Notes: generated from the sequence alone by a model not told the origin. Positions 46,334 through 57,476 are shown, counted from the first letter of the stretch. The stretch: DNA of 64,000 nt from an uncultured Nitrososphaerota archaeon (GCA_963701075.1 OY969559.1:1632001-1696000), one strand, 5' to 3'. Translations and numbers: made by a program.

Positions 46334-47419
46334 ATGGCAACTATTGGCCTCAAGGGTTTTCAAAAATATCACATGGATAGATTTTTTGCAGGCTCTCTCC
46401 TTGTTTCAATCGGAATCTTACTTACAACAACTGGCGGAAGCTGGGACATTACAAATCATCTCATAAACAGGCCAGAGACATTTTTTTCCATACCTCATAC
46501 GGTACTGTATTCGGGGGTACTAGTTGCAATAATTGGCTCTATCATAATGCTGCAAGCTTACAGATGCCAAAGAGATCCTCTCAAGTCGCTTTCTACAAAG
46601 ATGGCTGTAATTGGAAGCTTGTTGCTAGTTGTAGCAGGCCCTGCAGATTTTGGCTGGCACCAAGCGTTTGGGCTTGATGGATTACTCAGCCCAACCCACA
46701 TGACGCTTGTTGTAGGAATGCTCTGCTCAAGTCTTGGCGGCTTGTTTGGAATAAGACGCTCAATTTCTGACAAGACAAATCCAAAACCGATGCTCACAAC
46801 AGTTCTTGCCATGCTTCCCACATGGCTTGCTGCAGCAGGCATGCTTGATATGCTCTCCCTTCCATTCTCAAATACAATTCATTTCAAGTTTAATCCAGAT
46901 CCAACTCTTGCTGTGATACTTGCAACTGTAGCGTTCCCATTTCTGAGCGCAATTATTTTAATATCAATCTCTTCCATGTCACAGCGAAGGTTTGGATACC
47001 TCTCTGCACTTGGGGCAAGTTTTGTTGCTGTTGCGATACTGACTACCATAATACCTGATGACAAGATCAGAATTTCAATTCCGTTTTACCTGATAAACTT
47101 GATACCAATAGTGGTTGCAGACATCATACTATCAGTTTCACAGAAAAAATCCCTGACATACTTGGCAGGTGCAATACTTGGTCTTGGCTTTTTCACGCTG
47201 TACTTCCCATTGATTACGCATGTATACAACGAGGTACTGACAACGGCACCTGTCTGGCCAAGTGCGATAATTGATACTTACTTTGCAGACCTTGCCAAGT
47301 TCTATCCAATTGTTTTTCTGCCGGCTATTGTGATTGGAGTTCTTGGAACAATTGCAAGCAAGAGACTGGTCGGTAAGGGGTCAAATTCTAACACTTTAGA
47401 AGATGTCAGACAGCCTTGA
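46334..47419 (+). CDS. Multi-TM membrane protein
   Basis: WDITNH..PETFFSIPH, DFGWHQAFGLDGLLSPTH; many TM segments. Confidence 0.8.
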   Translation: MATIGLKGFQKYHMDRFFAGSLLVSIGILLTTTGGSWDITNHLINRPETFFSIPHTVLYSGVLVAIIGSIIMLQAYRCQRDPLKSLSTKMAVIGSLLLVVAGPADFGWHQAFGLDGLLSPTHMTLVVGMLCSSLGGLFGIRRSISDKTNPKPMLTTVLAMLPTWLAAAGMLDMLSLPFSNTIHFKFNPDPTLAVILATVAFPFLSAIILISISSMSQRRFGYLSALGASFVAVAILTTIIPDDKIRISIPFYLINLIPIVVADIILSVSQKKSLTYLAGAILGLGFFTLYFPLITHVYNEVLTTAPVWPSAIIDTYFADLAKFYPIVFLPAIVIGVLGTIASKRLVGKGSNSNTLEDVRQP

Positions 47420-47665
47420 GTTGAGAAATGATAACTCTCAATAACTAAAGCCATACGTTGAAACCAAAAAGGTGTTAACATTGATCACACCAGTGGTTCT
47501 TGCATTCTGTTATGACGGGGTGATTGAAAATGAATTAAATGTTTGGCATTAAATTTAGCAAAAATCTGTAATTACAAGAATTTCATATTTTACAGAATTA
47601 AACATGTTATGTTTAAAAGGATTCAGCCAATTATCTCGTCGTGAGTAAACAGGGTTATCACTAAT

Positions 47666-48325
47666 ATGATGAATATGAGCAAGTTAACAGTCGTATCCGA
47701 TTTTGATGGAACTATATCTTTACATGAACTTGGAGAGATCATTTTAAAAAAATTTGCACCAGATGACTGGGAAAAATTTTATTCACAAATGATACGTGGA
47801 AATCTATCTTTTGATGAATGTATCACAAAACAATATTCATTAATCTGTGAGAAAAACCGTGAAAAAATCATAAATTCAATCCAAGACAAATGTGAATTGA
47901 GGAAAGGTTTTAGAAATTTCGTAGATTTAGTAAATAAAAACAACAGTCAGTTTCTCATAGTTAGCGGCGGCCTTGATTTTATTGTAGACTATTGTCTGCA
48001 GGGCAACAATATATCTAATGTACAATACATAGCTCCACGAATAAAATTGGATAGTCGTGGCGCAACGTTACTACCACCTAGTAGGGCAATTGTAAATTTT
48101 GGCCGTTCTAATTTCAAAATGGATCTAGTTGTAAGATTAAAACTCTCTGATAGGAAGGTGTTATACATTGGAGACGGTATTAGTGACTTTGCACCAGCAT
48201 CAATTGCGGATATGGTGTTTGCTGTCAAAGGTTCTACTCTAGAAAAAAAATGTCGCAATGATGGAATGGCATACAGATCATTTAGCGATTTTGAAGAAGT
48301 GAAGAATTTCATAATTTCTAGCTGA
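47666..48325 (+). CDS. HAD phosphatase, MtnX-like
   Basis: DFDGTIS, IVSGG, YIGDGISD. Confidence 0.85.
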   Translation: MMNMSKLTVVSDFDGTISLHELGEIILKKFAPDDWEKFYSQMIRGNLSFDECITKQYSLICEKNREKIINSIQDKCELRKGFRNFVDLVNKNNSQFLIVSGGLDFIVDYCLQGNNISNVQYIAPRIKLDSRGATLLPPSRAIVNFGRSNFKMDLVVRLKLSDRKVLYIGDGISDFAPASIADMVFAVKGSTLEKKCRNDGMAYRSFSDFEEVKNFIISS

Positions 48326-48589
48326 TCGAACCTGCAATGAAAGTATGAATGATTCAATTGTTATTGTGTGTCTAAAATCAAGTAAAACCTACAGTAGGAG
48401 GGGTCCATTATTGTCGCAATGCCGTACAAGATACTTTAGTAGGTTCCCTCTCCCACACTATCATGTTTTAAAACGATTTAAGGCATTTCTATGAAATTAC
48501 TAGAAATTCTAGAATTTCCAGAATTTACAATAATTAGTGAGATATTGATTATAAGCACAGGATAGTATATCAAGACAAGAAGATCAAAG

Positions 48590-48745
48590 GTGAAATTGGA
48601 AGATAAATACAATTCCAGTGGAAAAAACCTAGAACGATGGAAATGCTACAGGTGTAATTTTATTTTTCTAAATGAATCAATCGCAAAATTACATGAAGAT
48701 CTTCTCAAGCACCAGGTCTACAAGATAAGATCAATTAATTATTGA
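48590..48745 (+). CDS. 51-aa C2H2-like Zn-finger protein (absent from ORF track)
   Basis: WKCYRCNFIF..LHEDLLKH; resembles 61360-61560. Confidence 0.65.
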   Translation: MKLEDKYNSSGKNLERWKCYRCNFIFLNESIAKLHEDLLKHQVYKIRSINY

Positions 48746-48790
48746 GCAATTTTTCCATAAATTAACTGGTCAAATGTCTCATGCTAGTAA

Positions 48791-49420
48791 TTATTCTTCG
48801 TCACTAGCATATCCTCTTTCTACAAGGAATTTCTTGAATTCGTCAGACTCTGTTATCATAAGATCTATGGATCTAAGCAGGCTTGCATAAAAGAATTCCA
48901 TTGCCTCATGACTTCGCTGACAGTTTGGACAAACATTGGTATTCTGAGTTGGTAAAAATTTTCGTAACTCTTTGTTTTTTTCAAACTCGCTTCGTAATTC
49001 CTTGAATATTTTTATTATTGGTTGACGAAGCTCCTCTGTCATGTAAGCCATCATGCCACTCATCTTTAATGCTGCATCGAATTCTCTGTCTATGCCGTAT
49101 TTTCCCCAAGTGCCTTTTTCACAAACAAAGCGTTTCTTTCGGTCCCCTTTACTTTTCTTGTCTCTTGGATACAAGAAGATGAATTCTAACCTGTAAAGTT
49201 CTTTTAAAATTGAATAAACAACACTTGCCGGAATTTTTTCTTTTTCAATAATGTCTTCAGCCGTTATTCCATTTGCTCCAGCTTGTCTGATATCATCCAT
49301 TATTTTCCATGCTAATTCTTTTGACAGTATGTCTGCTTCAAGATAAGATTCAACTGGAAAGTGAGTCAGATAGGTCTTGATATTCTTGGGTTTTGTATTG
49401 TTCAATACCAAAGTTTGCAC
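48791..49420 (-). CDS. wHTH transcription regulator with CxxC-xx-H
   Basis: GITAEDIIEKEKIPASVVYSILKEL; CPNCQRSH. Confidence 0.7.
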   Translation of the reverse strand: MQTLVLNNTKPKNIKTYLTHFPVESYLEADILSKELAWKIMDDIRQAGANGITAEDIIEKEKIPASVVYSILKELYRLEFIFLYPRDKKSKGDRKKRFVCEKGTWGKYGIDREFDAALKMSGMMAYMTEELRQPIIKIFKELRSEFEKNKELRKFLPTQNTNVCPNCQRSHEAMEFFYASLLRSIDLMITESDEFKKFLVERGYASDEE

Positions 49421-49553
49421 TTTTCACATTTTTATATGTTTCACAGAAACCGAATTTCTGGAAAATCTGGAAATTCACATAATTCGGTTTTTACTTACCA
49501 ATTGTTTAAGTTTACACATTACAAGTGAGAGACAAATGTACTCTGATCTCAAG

Positions 49554-49727
49554 ATGGTAAGTTTCAGGTGTGCAGAAATGGGAACGAATTGTAGCTATAC
49601 ATTGGTTGCACGCAGCAAGGAGGAACTGTTTCGGGATATCCGAAACCATGCACTAAGAATTCATGGAATGGAGAATTTGCCTGCAGATCTTGCCAAGAAG
49701 ATCGAGTCTGCCATCAAAGTTGGTTAG
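49554..49727 (+). CDS. DUF1059-family small metal-binding protein
   Basis: FRCAEMGTNC..EELF..HALRIHGM..KIESAIK. Confidence 0.85.
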   Translation: MVSFRCAEMGTNCSYTLVARSKEELFRDIRNHALRIHGMENLPADLAKKIESAIKVG

Positions 49728-49900
49728 ATGTGAATCTAGGCCAGTTATGACAATTATGAGCACGTGGTTTTTCCAGATTCCTAAATCCTGAATTTTTCAA
49801 ATTTATGTAAATTCAGAACAATTAAATGTCATAAAACGGGGCATAGCTCAAGATATAGCACATGATTGGCGTTTTCATAGAAAGTGAGAATTAGAATCCG

Positions 49901-51958
49901 TTGATTTCCATGGTGGACAGTTTTACATTATTTCAAGCTGCAATCTTACTTTATGCGGTAGGAGCCATCTTGGGGCTTCTTTCAAGAAATGCCAAATTGA
50001 CCAGAACTCTAACATTTGTGCCTCCCATAATGGCCTCTGTTCTACTTGTTGTTTTTTCCAGCAGCGTAATAATGAGCGGGAAATCATTACAACTTGTAGC
50101 ACCAGGTACACTTTCTTTCTTTAATTTTGAAATTCTCATAGATGGTATCTCAGCATTTTTCATTTTGATTATAGGCATAGTTTCATTTGCAGTATCACTG
50201 TATTCAATAGGCTATTCAAAAGAATATGAAACTAAAAAAAGAACATCGGCTCTGGGATTTCTTTTCAATATTTTCATACTTTCTATGGTCCTAGTGGTAG
50301 CATCAAACAATGCATTTTTCTTTTTAATATTTTGGGAATTGATGTCGTTGGTATCTTTCTTCCTAGTGATTTATGATCATGATAAAGAAGAAAATCTCAA
50401 GTCTGGAATGACTTATCTTGTTATGACACATTTTGGAACTGCATTCATCTTTGCCTCATTTTTGTTAGGCTACATCCAAACAGGGAGCTTTAGTTTTGAT
50501 TCGTTTCGCAATTCCTCCGCAGCATTTCCTTTATTGATAAAAGATCTTGTTTTTGTTTTTGCGTTCATTGGATTTGGAACAAAGGCAGGAATGGTGCCTT
50601 TGCATATGTGGCTGCCTAAAGCTCATCCATCTGCACCAAGCAATGTGTCTGCTCTCATGTCAGCAGTTATGATAAAAATTGGCATCTACGGAATAATAAG
50701 GACGGTTTTTGATTTTAGTGGATTTGGTATGTCCCCTGATTTTGCATGGTGGGGAATGCTCTTGGTTACTGCTGGCTCTGTATCAGCTCTGATAGGAGTT
50801 CTTTATGCGGTTGTGGAACGCGACATCAAGCGAGCCCTTGCATTTTCCAGTATAGAAAACATTGGGATAATCCTAATTGGCCTTGGACTGTCTGTTGTTT
50901 TTGCATCGTTCCATCTTACGGCACTTTCTGTGCTGGCACTAGTGGCAAGCATGTATCACACCATTAATCATGCAGTCTTCAAGGGCTTACTCTTTATGGG
51001 AGCAGGCTCTGTGGTGTATGCAACAAAAACAAAGAACGTGGAAGACTTGGGCGGTCTAATAAAACAAATGCCATGGACTGCTTTGTTGTTTTTGATTGGG
51101 GCAATTTCAATTGCAGGTCTGCCGCCATTTAATGGATTTGTCAGCGAATGGTTGACACTGCAATCCTTACTGTCCAGTTATCAGATTCCATCAACCATAC
51201 TGCAAATCTCTATTGCTTTTGCAAGCTTGCCTTTTGCACTGACAATAGGAATTGCCGCTGCAACGTTTGTCAAACTGTTTGCCATGACATTTCTTTCAAA
51301 AGCAAGAAGCAAGCATGCCATAAACATCAGTGAGGTTCCGCGCAGTATGATTTTAGGAATGTCTATTCTTGCTGCCATTTGTGTATTGCTTGGCGTAATT
51401 CCATTCCTAGGAATTTCACTGATATCTACTGCGTTTCATTTGTCTTCCCAACCATCTAGTCCGTTTGATGCTATGACAGTACAGAACAGCTCTGGAATGA
51501 GTTTTGCAAGTCTTTCCATGCCTGTTGTTCTAATAATAATATCATCAGTTGCAATTGCAATTTTTGGTTTCATTCACGTATTGAGCGGCCATACCAGGAA
51601 AACCACGTATGGGACATGGGATTGCGGGTTTGGCAGCCTTGATTCCAGAATGGAGTACACTGCAACATCGCTTTCCCAGCCAATACGTGCTGTTTTCAAG
51701 GTTTTTTTCAAACCTCATAATCAAACCGAGAAAGAATCTTTTGGAGAAAAAAATTCCTACATGTTAAAGACAGTAAAAATTGAAACTGTGATAAAAAACA
51801 TTTTTGAAGATATGCTTTATTTGCCAATAGTATCCTCCTTTGTTTTCTTTTTTGACAAGATACGCAGACTTCAGACTGGAAAGATAAACGCATACTTGCT
51901 CTATATGATGATAACAATAGTTCTGCTTCTTTTGTTTGCGAGGTTAAGCAATGCATAG
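49901..51958 (+). CDS. hyfB: Hydrogenase-4 component B-like antiporter subunit
   Basis: FWELMSL, GTKAGMVPLHMWLPKAH, TWDCGF..RMEYTA. Confidence 0.9.
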   Translation: MISMVDSFTLFQAAILLYAVGAILGLLSRNAKLTRTLTFVPPIMASVLLVVFSSSVIMSGKSLQLVAPGTLSFFNFEILIDGISAFFILIIGIVSFAVSLYSIGYSKEYETKKRTSALGFLFNIFILSMVLVVASNNAFFFLIFWELMSLVSFFLVIYDHDKEENLKSGMTYLVMTHFGTAFIFASFLLGYIQTGSFSFDSFRNSSAAFPLLIKDLVFVFAFIGFGTKAGMVPLHMWLPKAHPSAPSNVSALMSAVMIKIGIYGIIRTVFDFSGFGMSPDFAWWGMLLVTAGSVSALIGVLYAVVERDIKRALAFSSIENIGIILIGLGLSVVFASFHLTALSVLALVASMYHTINHAVFKGLLFMGAGSVVYATKTKNVEDLGGLIKQMPWTALLFLIGAISIAGLPPFNGFVSEWLTLQSLLSSYQIPSTILQISIAFASLPFALTIGIAAATFVKLFAMTFLSKARSKHAINISEVPRSMILGMSILAAICVLLGVIPFLGISLISTAFHLSSQPSSPFDAMTVQNSSGMSFASLSMPVVLIIISSVAIAIFGFIHVLSGHTRKTTYGTWDCGFGSLDSRMEYTATSLSQPIRAVFKVFFKPHNQTEKESFGEKNSYMLKTVKIETVIKNIFEDMLYLPIVSSFVFFFDKIRRLQTGKINAYLLYMMITIVLLLLFARLSNA

Positions 51959-52896
51959 CATACAGGAGATCATAATCGGATTAATTCAAGTGTTGGTCAT
52001 ACTATCACTTGCTCCTCTGTTAACTGGAATCATACGAAAAACAAAGGCAAGGACACAGAAAAGAATTGGCGCCAGTGTTTTGCAGCCATACTATGACATA
52101 CTAAAAATGATACAAAAGAACGAAGTTGTATCAGAACAGAGCTCTTGGGTTTTCAGAGCATGTCCGTGGGTTAACTTTGTAGCAATGGGCACTGCCGCAT
52201 TTTTCATTCCAGTGTTTTTGGTGTACACGCCATTTGGGTTGGTAGGTGATCTTATTCTTGTCATCGGTCTTTTTGCCCTTGCTAGATTTTTTACAATGCT
52301 GGCAGGATTAGATGTAGCCAGTTCCTTTGGTGGACTTGGAAGTAGCAGGGAGATGATGATCTCCGCTCTTTTAGAGCCTGCGCTTTTTTTGAGCATATTC
52401 GTTGTAGCCATAACATACGGAGGAACGAATTTGAGTACACTGATAAGCGCATCCTCAAATTCATCATTTTTACCCCATCCGCAAATCATCTTTGCAGCAA
52501 TAGGCATGTTCATCATCATATTAGGCGAGACAGGCCGCTTGCCATTTGACAATCCTGCCACCCATCTTGAACTTACCATGGTTCATGAGGCAATGATCTT
52601 GGAATATTCAGGCAAAAGTTTAGCCTTTGATGGAATGGTCGCAGTCAATAAAACAAATCATACTTTTCACACTAATGGTAAACATCTTTGTTCCGTGGGG
52701 AATTTCGTTATCTATTTTATTGCCAACACTTGCGGTCGGATTTCTGCTGTTTGTTGGAAAAATTTCCTTGTTTGGAATTCTTGTTGCTTTTCTAGAATCA
52801 TCTGTTGCAAAGTGGCGGCTATTTAGAATACCTGACTTGATTGCCATAGCTGTTGCAAGTTCGATGATAGGCATAGTGTTCTGTTATCTTTATTGA
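51951..52896 (+). pseudogene. hyfC: HyfC/NuoH-like membrane subunit, +1 frameshift near 52626
   Basis: QPYYD, SSREM, ETGRLPFDNPATHLELTMVHEAMILEYSG; an extra T in GCCTTTGATG shifts the C-terminus (may be assembly error). Confidence 0.85.
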
Positions 52897-53567
52897 TCTT
52901 TATGGAAACAATACAACTAGATTTTTTGACAATTTCTGGCGCCATATTGTTGCTAACTACGTTTGGGATTGTCGTAAGACGAGGATTTCTAGATTGGTTA
53001 AATGCATATCGCTATCAATCGATCGTTCTTTCAGGAGTAACTGCCATCATAGGATACGTGACAGGAATTTGGGAAATTTACATTGCGGCTGGTATGACAC
53101 TGGTAATAAAATCAATCATCATTCCCAAAGTTCTGATATATGTTACCAGAAAACTTGAAATTGAATTCAAGCTAGAAACCAATCCTTACGTTAGTATTCG
53201 TGCGTCAGTAATAATTTCTGCGTTACTTGTGACTCTATCTTATTTTCTTACTCAACAAATTCCATTCAAGTCTGATCAAATTGTAAATGTATATCTGCCT
53301 GTTTCAATGGCTCAGTTTTTCATAGGACTCTTTGTGCTTGTAAACAGAAGAACCGCCCTGAACCAGATAGTGGGGCTTCTCATCATAGAAAACGGCCTCT
53401 TTCTCTTTACCATGGCATTGACGCATGGCGTATCTTTGCTAATAGAGGTTGGAATATTCGTGGACATTCTTGTTGGCATTGTAATCTCTTCCATACTGCT
53501 CTTTAGAATAAGCCTCACGTTTGACAGTCTGGACGTAGGAAAGCTAGAAAATTTGAGGGATGACTGA
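52893..53567 (+). CDS. hyfE: HyfE-like membrane subunit
   Basis: QIVGLLIIENG, LIEVGIFVDI. Confidence 0.87.
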   Translation: MIFMETIQLDFLTISGAILLLTTFGIVVRRGFLDWLNAYRYQSIVLSGVTAIIGYVTGIWEIYIAAGMTLVIKSIIIPKVLIYVTRKLEIEFKLETNPYVSIRASVIISALLVTLSYFLTQQIPFKSDQIVNVYLPVSMAQFFIGLFVLVNRRTALNQIVGLLIIENGLFLFTMALTHGVSLLIEVGIFVDILVGIVISSILLFRISLTFDSLDVGKLENLRDD

Positions 53568-55060
53568 TGGATGATTTAATATCTAATTTGACAATTCTAT
53601 TCCTTCTTTTGCCTCCCATGGTGGGGGCTGTGCTAGTAACAATTTTGAAAAAGAAAAGGACAATTGGAATCATAACAATATGCGCCTCATCTTTGATATT
53701 GATTCAGGTGTTTTTTTTAGTATCAAGAATAATAACTGAAAAATCCATTTCGGCATTTGGAAATACGTTCTATGTTGATTCTCTAAGTGCTGTAATTCTA
53801 ATTTCAATTTCGGTCGTAGGTTTTGTTGCAGCACTGTATTCAAAAAACTACATGGGCAGGCAGTATGACAATGGCATCATAGATGACAAGCATATTGTGA
53901 GATATTATCAGGGCTTTAACGTATTTTTGCTAACAATGCTAATAGTTCCAATAGCAAACAACCTGGGAATAATGTGGGTGATGGTAGAAGCTACTACTCT
54001 GGTATCAGTTCTCTTGATAATGCTTTACTTTAAGGAAAATGCAATCGAAGCTGCCTGGAAATATTTGATAATTGCAACAGTGGGTCTTTCCTTTGCGCTT
54101 ATTGGAACAGTGTTTTTCTATTATGTAAACATCAATTCTGGTTCCACTGAAGATGCCATGAACTGGACAGGAATGGTTCACAATTCAAAATTTTTTAATC
54201 CTAATTTGGTCAAGATTGCTTTTGTTTTCATACTGGTAGGATTTGGAACCAAAGCAGGTCTTGCCCCAATGCACACTTGGCTTCCTGATGCACATAGCGA
54301 AGCACCAACGCCTGTAAGCGCGATCTTGTCTGGAGTACTTTTGAATTGTGCATTTTATGCAATAATTCGTTTTCATATAGTAAGCAGTGTTTCCATAGGA
54401 CCTGGATTTTCAAGCCAGCTTTTGATAATACTTGCTGTCGTTTCTATTGCCATAGCAGCTGCGTCAATGTACTTCCAAAAGGACATGAAAAGACTGCTTG
54501 CCTTTTCCAGCGTAGAGCACATGGGTTTGATATCGCTAGGCATTGGCTTTGGCGGCCTGCTTGGAATCTATGGGGCAATACTTCAGATCATCAATCATGC
54601 CATAGTAAAACCGCTGATGTTTTTTGCAAGTGGAACTGTCAGCCAGAAATACGAAATGAAAGACATGTCAAAAATAAAAGGAATAATCAGGAGTATGCCA
54701 GTTACCGGTATTTTGTTTTTGATCGGAGGACTGGCTCTTGTAGGCATGCCACCGTTCAACATTTTCCTAAGCGAATTTATGATTCTAAGTTCAGGTTTTA
54801 AGAGCGGACAGTTTGTTGCAACATCACTAGCAATTTTGTTTCTGGTTGTTACATTTGCAGTCTTTTTGAGGCATCTGATAAAAATGATTTTTGGAAATCC
54901 ATCTCCAGAAATGAAAAAGGGCGACATGGGTAAACTTGCTATAATCCCCATGGCAATACTGTGTTCGCTTGCGGTTATTTTTGGCATCTACATACCTGTA
55001 CAATTGCAGACACTGATTCATAACACATCAACCATAATTAATGGAGGTGGCTTTGCATGA
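53567..55060 (+). CDS. hyfF: HyfF-like antiporter subunit
   Basis: EAAWKYL, GTKAGLAPMHTWLPDAHSEAP. Confidence 0.9.
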   Translation: MDDLISNLTILFLLLPPMVGAVLVTILKKKRTIGIITICASSLILIQVFFLVSRIITEKSISAFGNTFYVDSLSAVILISISVVGFVAALYSKNYMGRQYDNGIIDDKHIVRYYQGFNVFLLTMLIVPIANNLGIMWVMVEATTLVSVLLIMLYFKENAIEAAWKYLIIATVGLSFALIGTVFFYYVNINSGSTEDAMNWTGMVHNSKFFNPNLVKIAFVFILVGFGTKAGLAPMHTWLPDAHSEAPTPVSAILSGVLLNCAFYAIIRFHIVSSVSIGPGFSSQLLIILAVVSIAIAAASMYFQKDMKRLLAFSSVEHMGLISLGIGFGGLLGIYGAILQIINHAIVKPLMFFASGTVSQKYEMKDMSKIKGIIRSMPVTGILFLIGGLALVGMPPFNIFLSEFMILSSGFKSGQFVATSLAILFLVVTFAVFLRHLIKMIFGNPSPEMKKGDMGKLAIIPMAILCSLAVIFGIYIPVQLQTLIHNTSTIINGGGFA

Positions 55061-56667
55061 ACAAAACCAATCTAGAAAAATATGCAAAAGAAATTGAAGC
55101 CGAGTTTTCAAATAAAATAACAAAGACTTACCAAGACAATAATGAGATACATTTCAATGCAGAATTAAACGACATGCCAGAAATTTGCGATCATGTTTAT
55201 AAAAATTTGAACGCACGGCTTGCAACAATGATTTGTTCTGATGAGAGAAAAAATGGCATGGGTTTTACAATTCGCTATGTTTTTGAAAAAGATGATGTTT
55301 TTATTTTCATCATAGTTTCCACAGGTCAAGGTTTTTCTTTTCCAAGCATTGCTTTACGCATTCCTGCCGCGGCACTTTATGAACGGGAAATAAAAGACAT
55401 GTTTGGATTAATTCCAACTGGGAGTCCAGATACAAGACCGCTAGTTTTGCATGAGCATTGGCCTGATGGCATTTTCCCCTTGAGAAAAGAGTTTGAACTT
55501 CATACCAAGGCAAAAAGACAAGAAAAAGAATACCCATTTTTAAGAGTACAAGGTGAAGGAATCTGCGAAATTCCTGTCGGTCCCGTGCATGCTGGAATCA
55601 TAGAGCCAGGTCACTTTAGATTCAGCATCTTGGGAGAGAATATCATCAATCTTGAAACCCGTCTTTTTTACACGCATAAGGGAATTGAAAAACTTGCAGA
55701 GTCTATGAAACTTGATGACGTCTTGCTTTTATCAGAACGCATAGCTGGGGATGAATCTGTGGCAAATTCATCAGCATATTGTCAAGCAATTGAAAAGATA
55801 GCGCAGGTAGAGATTCCAAAAAGGGCAAAAAAGATTAGGTCAGTTTTTGGAGAGATGGAGCGAATCTATAATCACATAGGAACATTGGCAGGAATCTCAA
55901 CTGATGCAAGTTTTCCTTTTGGTTCTGCAAGATTGAATATTCTAAAGGAAAGATTGATGCAGCTTAATGAATCACTTTGCGGTAGTCGCATTCTCTTTGG
56001 AGTTAACAGGATTGGAGGAGTACGGTGCGATATCACAGATGAAAATAAAAAATTAATTCTTGAAACTTTAAGTGAAGTCTCAAATGATTTTGAAAAGATC
56101 ATAACCCTTCTAAAATCAAAATCATCTTTCATGGATAGATTGCGTAATACTGGTACCATACCAAAAAAAGCTGCACATGATCTGGGAGTAGTGGGAGTAG
56201 TTGCCAGATGCGTAGGAATAGATGTCGATACAAGGCGTGATCATCCGTATGCCAGTTATTATTTGCACAATAACAAGACATCACAACAAAAGATGCAATA
56301 TCAAGTTGAGATGGAGAAACGATCTGGTGATGCCATGGCACGGTTTGAAATTCGTATAAAAGAGGTAAGAGATTCATTTGACATCGTTAAAGAATCACTT
56401 GATCTTGATGATGGCACTCTGTTTGTAAATATCTCAGAGCATCTTGAGCCTTTTAGATCAGCACTTGGCTATGCCGAGTCTCACAGAGGACAAACGCTTC
56501 ATTGGGTTATGATTGGAGAGAATAATTCCATATCTAGATACAAGGTTAGGACTGCATCATTTTGTAACTGGCCTATTATTGAGCAGGCTGTGTTGAATGA
56601 TATCGTACCTGATTTTCCACTAGTCAATAAAAGTTTGGACCTGTCCTATTCGGGAAATGACCTATAA
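55057..56667 (+). CDS. HyfG/NuoCD-like large subunit lacking Ni-binding cysteines (EhrL)
   Basis: GPVHAGIIEPGHF; ERIAGDES and SLDLSYSGNDL replace the RxCxxC and DPCxxC motifs. Confidence 0.88.
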   Translation: MNKTNLEKYAKEIEAEFSNKITKTYQDNNEIHFNAELNDMPEICDHVYKNLNARLATMICSDERKNGMGFTIRYVFEKDDVFIFIIVSTGQGFSFPSIALRIPAAALYEREIKDMFGLIPTGSPDTRPLVLHEHWPDGIFPLRKEFELHTKAKRQEKEYPFLRVQGEGICEIPVGPVHAGIIEPGHFRFSILGENIINLETRLFYTHKGIEKLAESMKLDDVLLLSERIAGDESVANSSAYCQAIEKIAQVEIPKRAKKIRSVFGEMERIYNHIGTLAGISTDASFPFGSARLNILKERLMQLNESLCGSRILFGVNRIGGVRCDITDENKKLILETLSEVSNDFEKIITLLKSKSSFMDRLRNTGTIPKKAAHDLGVVGVVARCVGIDVDTRRDHPYASYYLHNNKTSQQKMQYQVEMEKRSGDAMARFEIRIKEVRDSFDIVKESLDLDDGTLFVNISEHLEPFRSALGYAESHRGQTLHWVMIGENNSISRYKVRTASFCNWPIIEQAVLNDIVPDFPLVNKSLDLSYSGNDL

Positions 56668-57476
56668 TGAAGAAATCAAGAAAGGACATAGTTGGAAATG
56701 GCGTAGAAACGATCAAGGATTTTGCCAATTCATTCACAAGTAAAAATTATCGTGGGAGTGTAACTTTCAAAACATATCCTACAAATGATCAGAGAAAAAC
56801 ACTTGAGGATTCTTGCCCAACAAAAGCATTATTCCCAATCAAAGAAAATGGCGCGATGGGTTTGGACAATGGTAAATGCATCATGTGCGGTCATTGTAGT
56901 GAGGCTGCATCAGAAATAATTGAAATTCATAGCAACCCCGCCATTCCTACAAGAAACAGGAATCAGATGATTGACTATTCCAGTCCACAAATATTTCCTA
57001 CAGAAAAACCATATGAACAAATTGGAAATGAATTAAAAGAAAAAATCCAAAAAATGTTCGGCCGATCACTTGCAATACGTCAGGTTGATGCCGGTTCGTG
57101 CAATGGTTGTGAAATTGAAATTGCCGCTCTTAACAACCCGATTTATGATATTGAAAGATTTGGAATACATTTTGTAGCTTCTCCCAGACATGCAGATGTC
57201 TTGCTAGTAACTGGACCTGCATCAAAAAACATGGAAGTTGCATTGTTACGAACCTATGAAGCAACACCTGATCCTAAAATTGTGGTTGCGGTAGGCGCTT
57301 GTGCATGTAGTGGTGGAATATTCGGTGACACATATGCAACAACAGGCGGAATTGACAAGATTGTTCCTGTAGATGTTTACATTCCTGGGTGTCCGCCAAG
57401 GCCACAAGTACTTCTTCAAGGATTGCTATTGGCGGTCAACAGGTTGAAACCTGAACAAATTAATCGTTTAAGGTGA
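56667..57476 (+). CDS. HyfI/NuoB-like small subunit with N-terminal partial ferredoxin (EhrS)
   Basis: GSCNGCEIE, SPRHAD, GACACSGG, IPGCPP; N-terminal CPT..CIMCGHC. Confidence 0.9.
   Translation: MKKSRKDIVGNGVETIKDFANSFTSKNYRGSVTFKTYPTNDQRKTLEDSCPTKALFPIKENGAMGLDNGKCIMCGHCSEAASEIIEIHSNPAIPTRNRNQMIDYSSPQIFPTEKPYEQIGNELKEKIQKMFGRSLAIRQVDAGSCNGCEIEIAALNNPIYDIERFGIHFVASPRHADVLLVTGPASKNMEVALLRTYEATPDPKIVVAVGACACSGGIFGDTYATTGGIDKIVPVDVYIPGCPPRPQVLLQGLLLAVNRLKPEQINRLR

Noticed and set aside
48393-48458. Possible structured ncRNA (G-rich/C-rich arms)
   Set aside because: Pairing is imperfect and there is no family signature
48502-48528. Eukaryotic heat-shock element
   Set aside because: Period is 9 bp, not the 10-bp nGAAn alternation; no HSF-like gene seen
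55057-56667. Functional [NiFe]-hydrogenase
   Set aside because: All four Ni-ligating cysteines are absent
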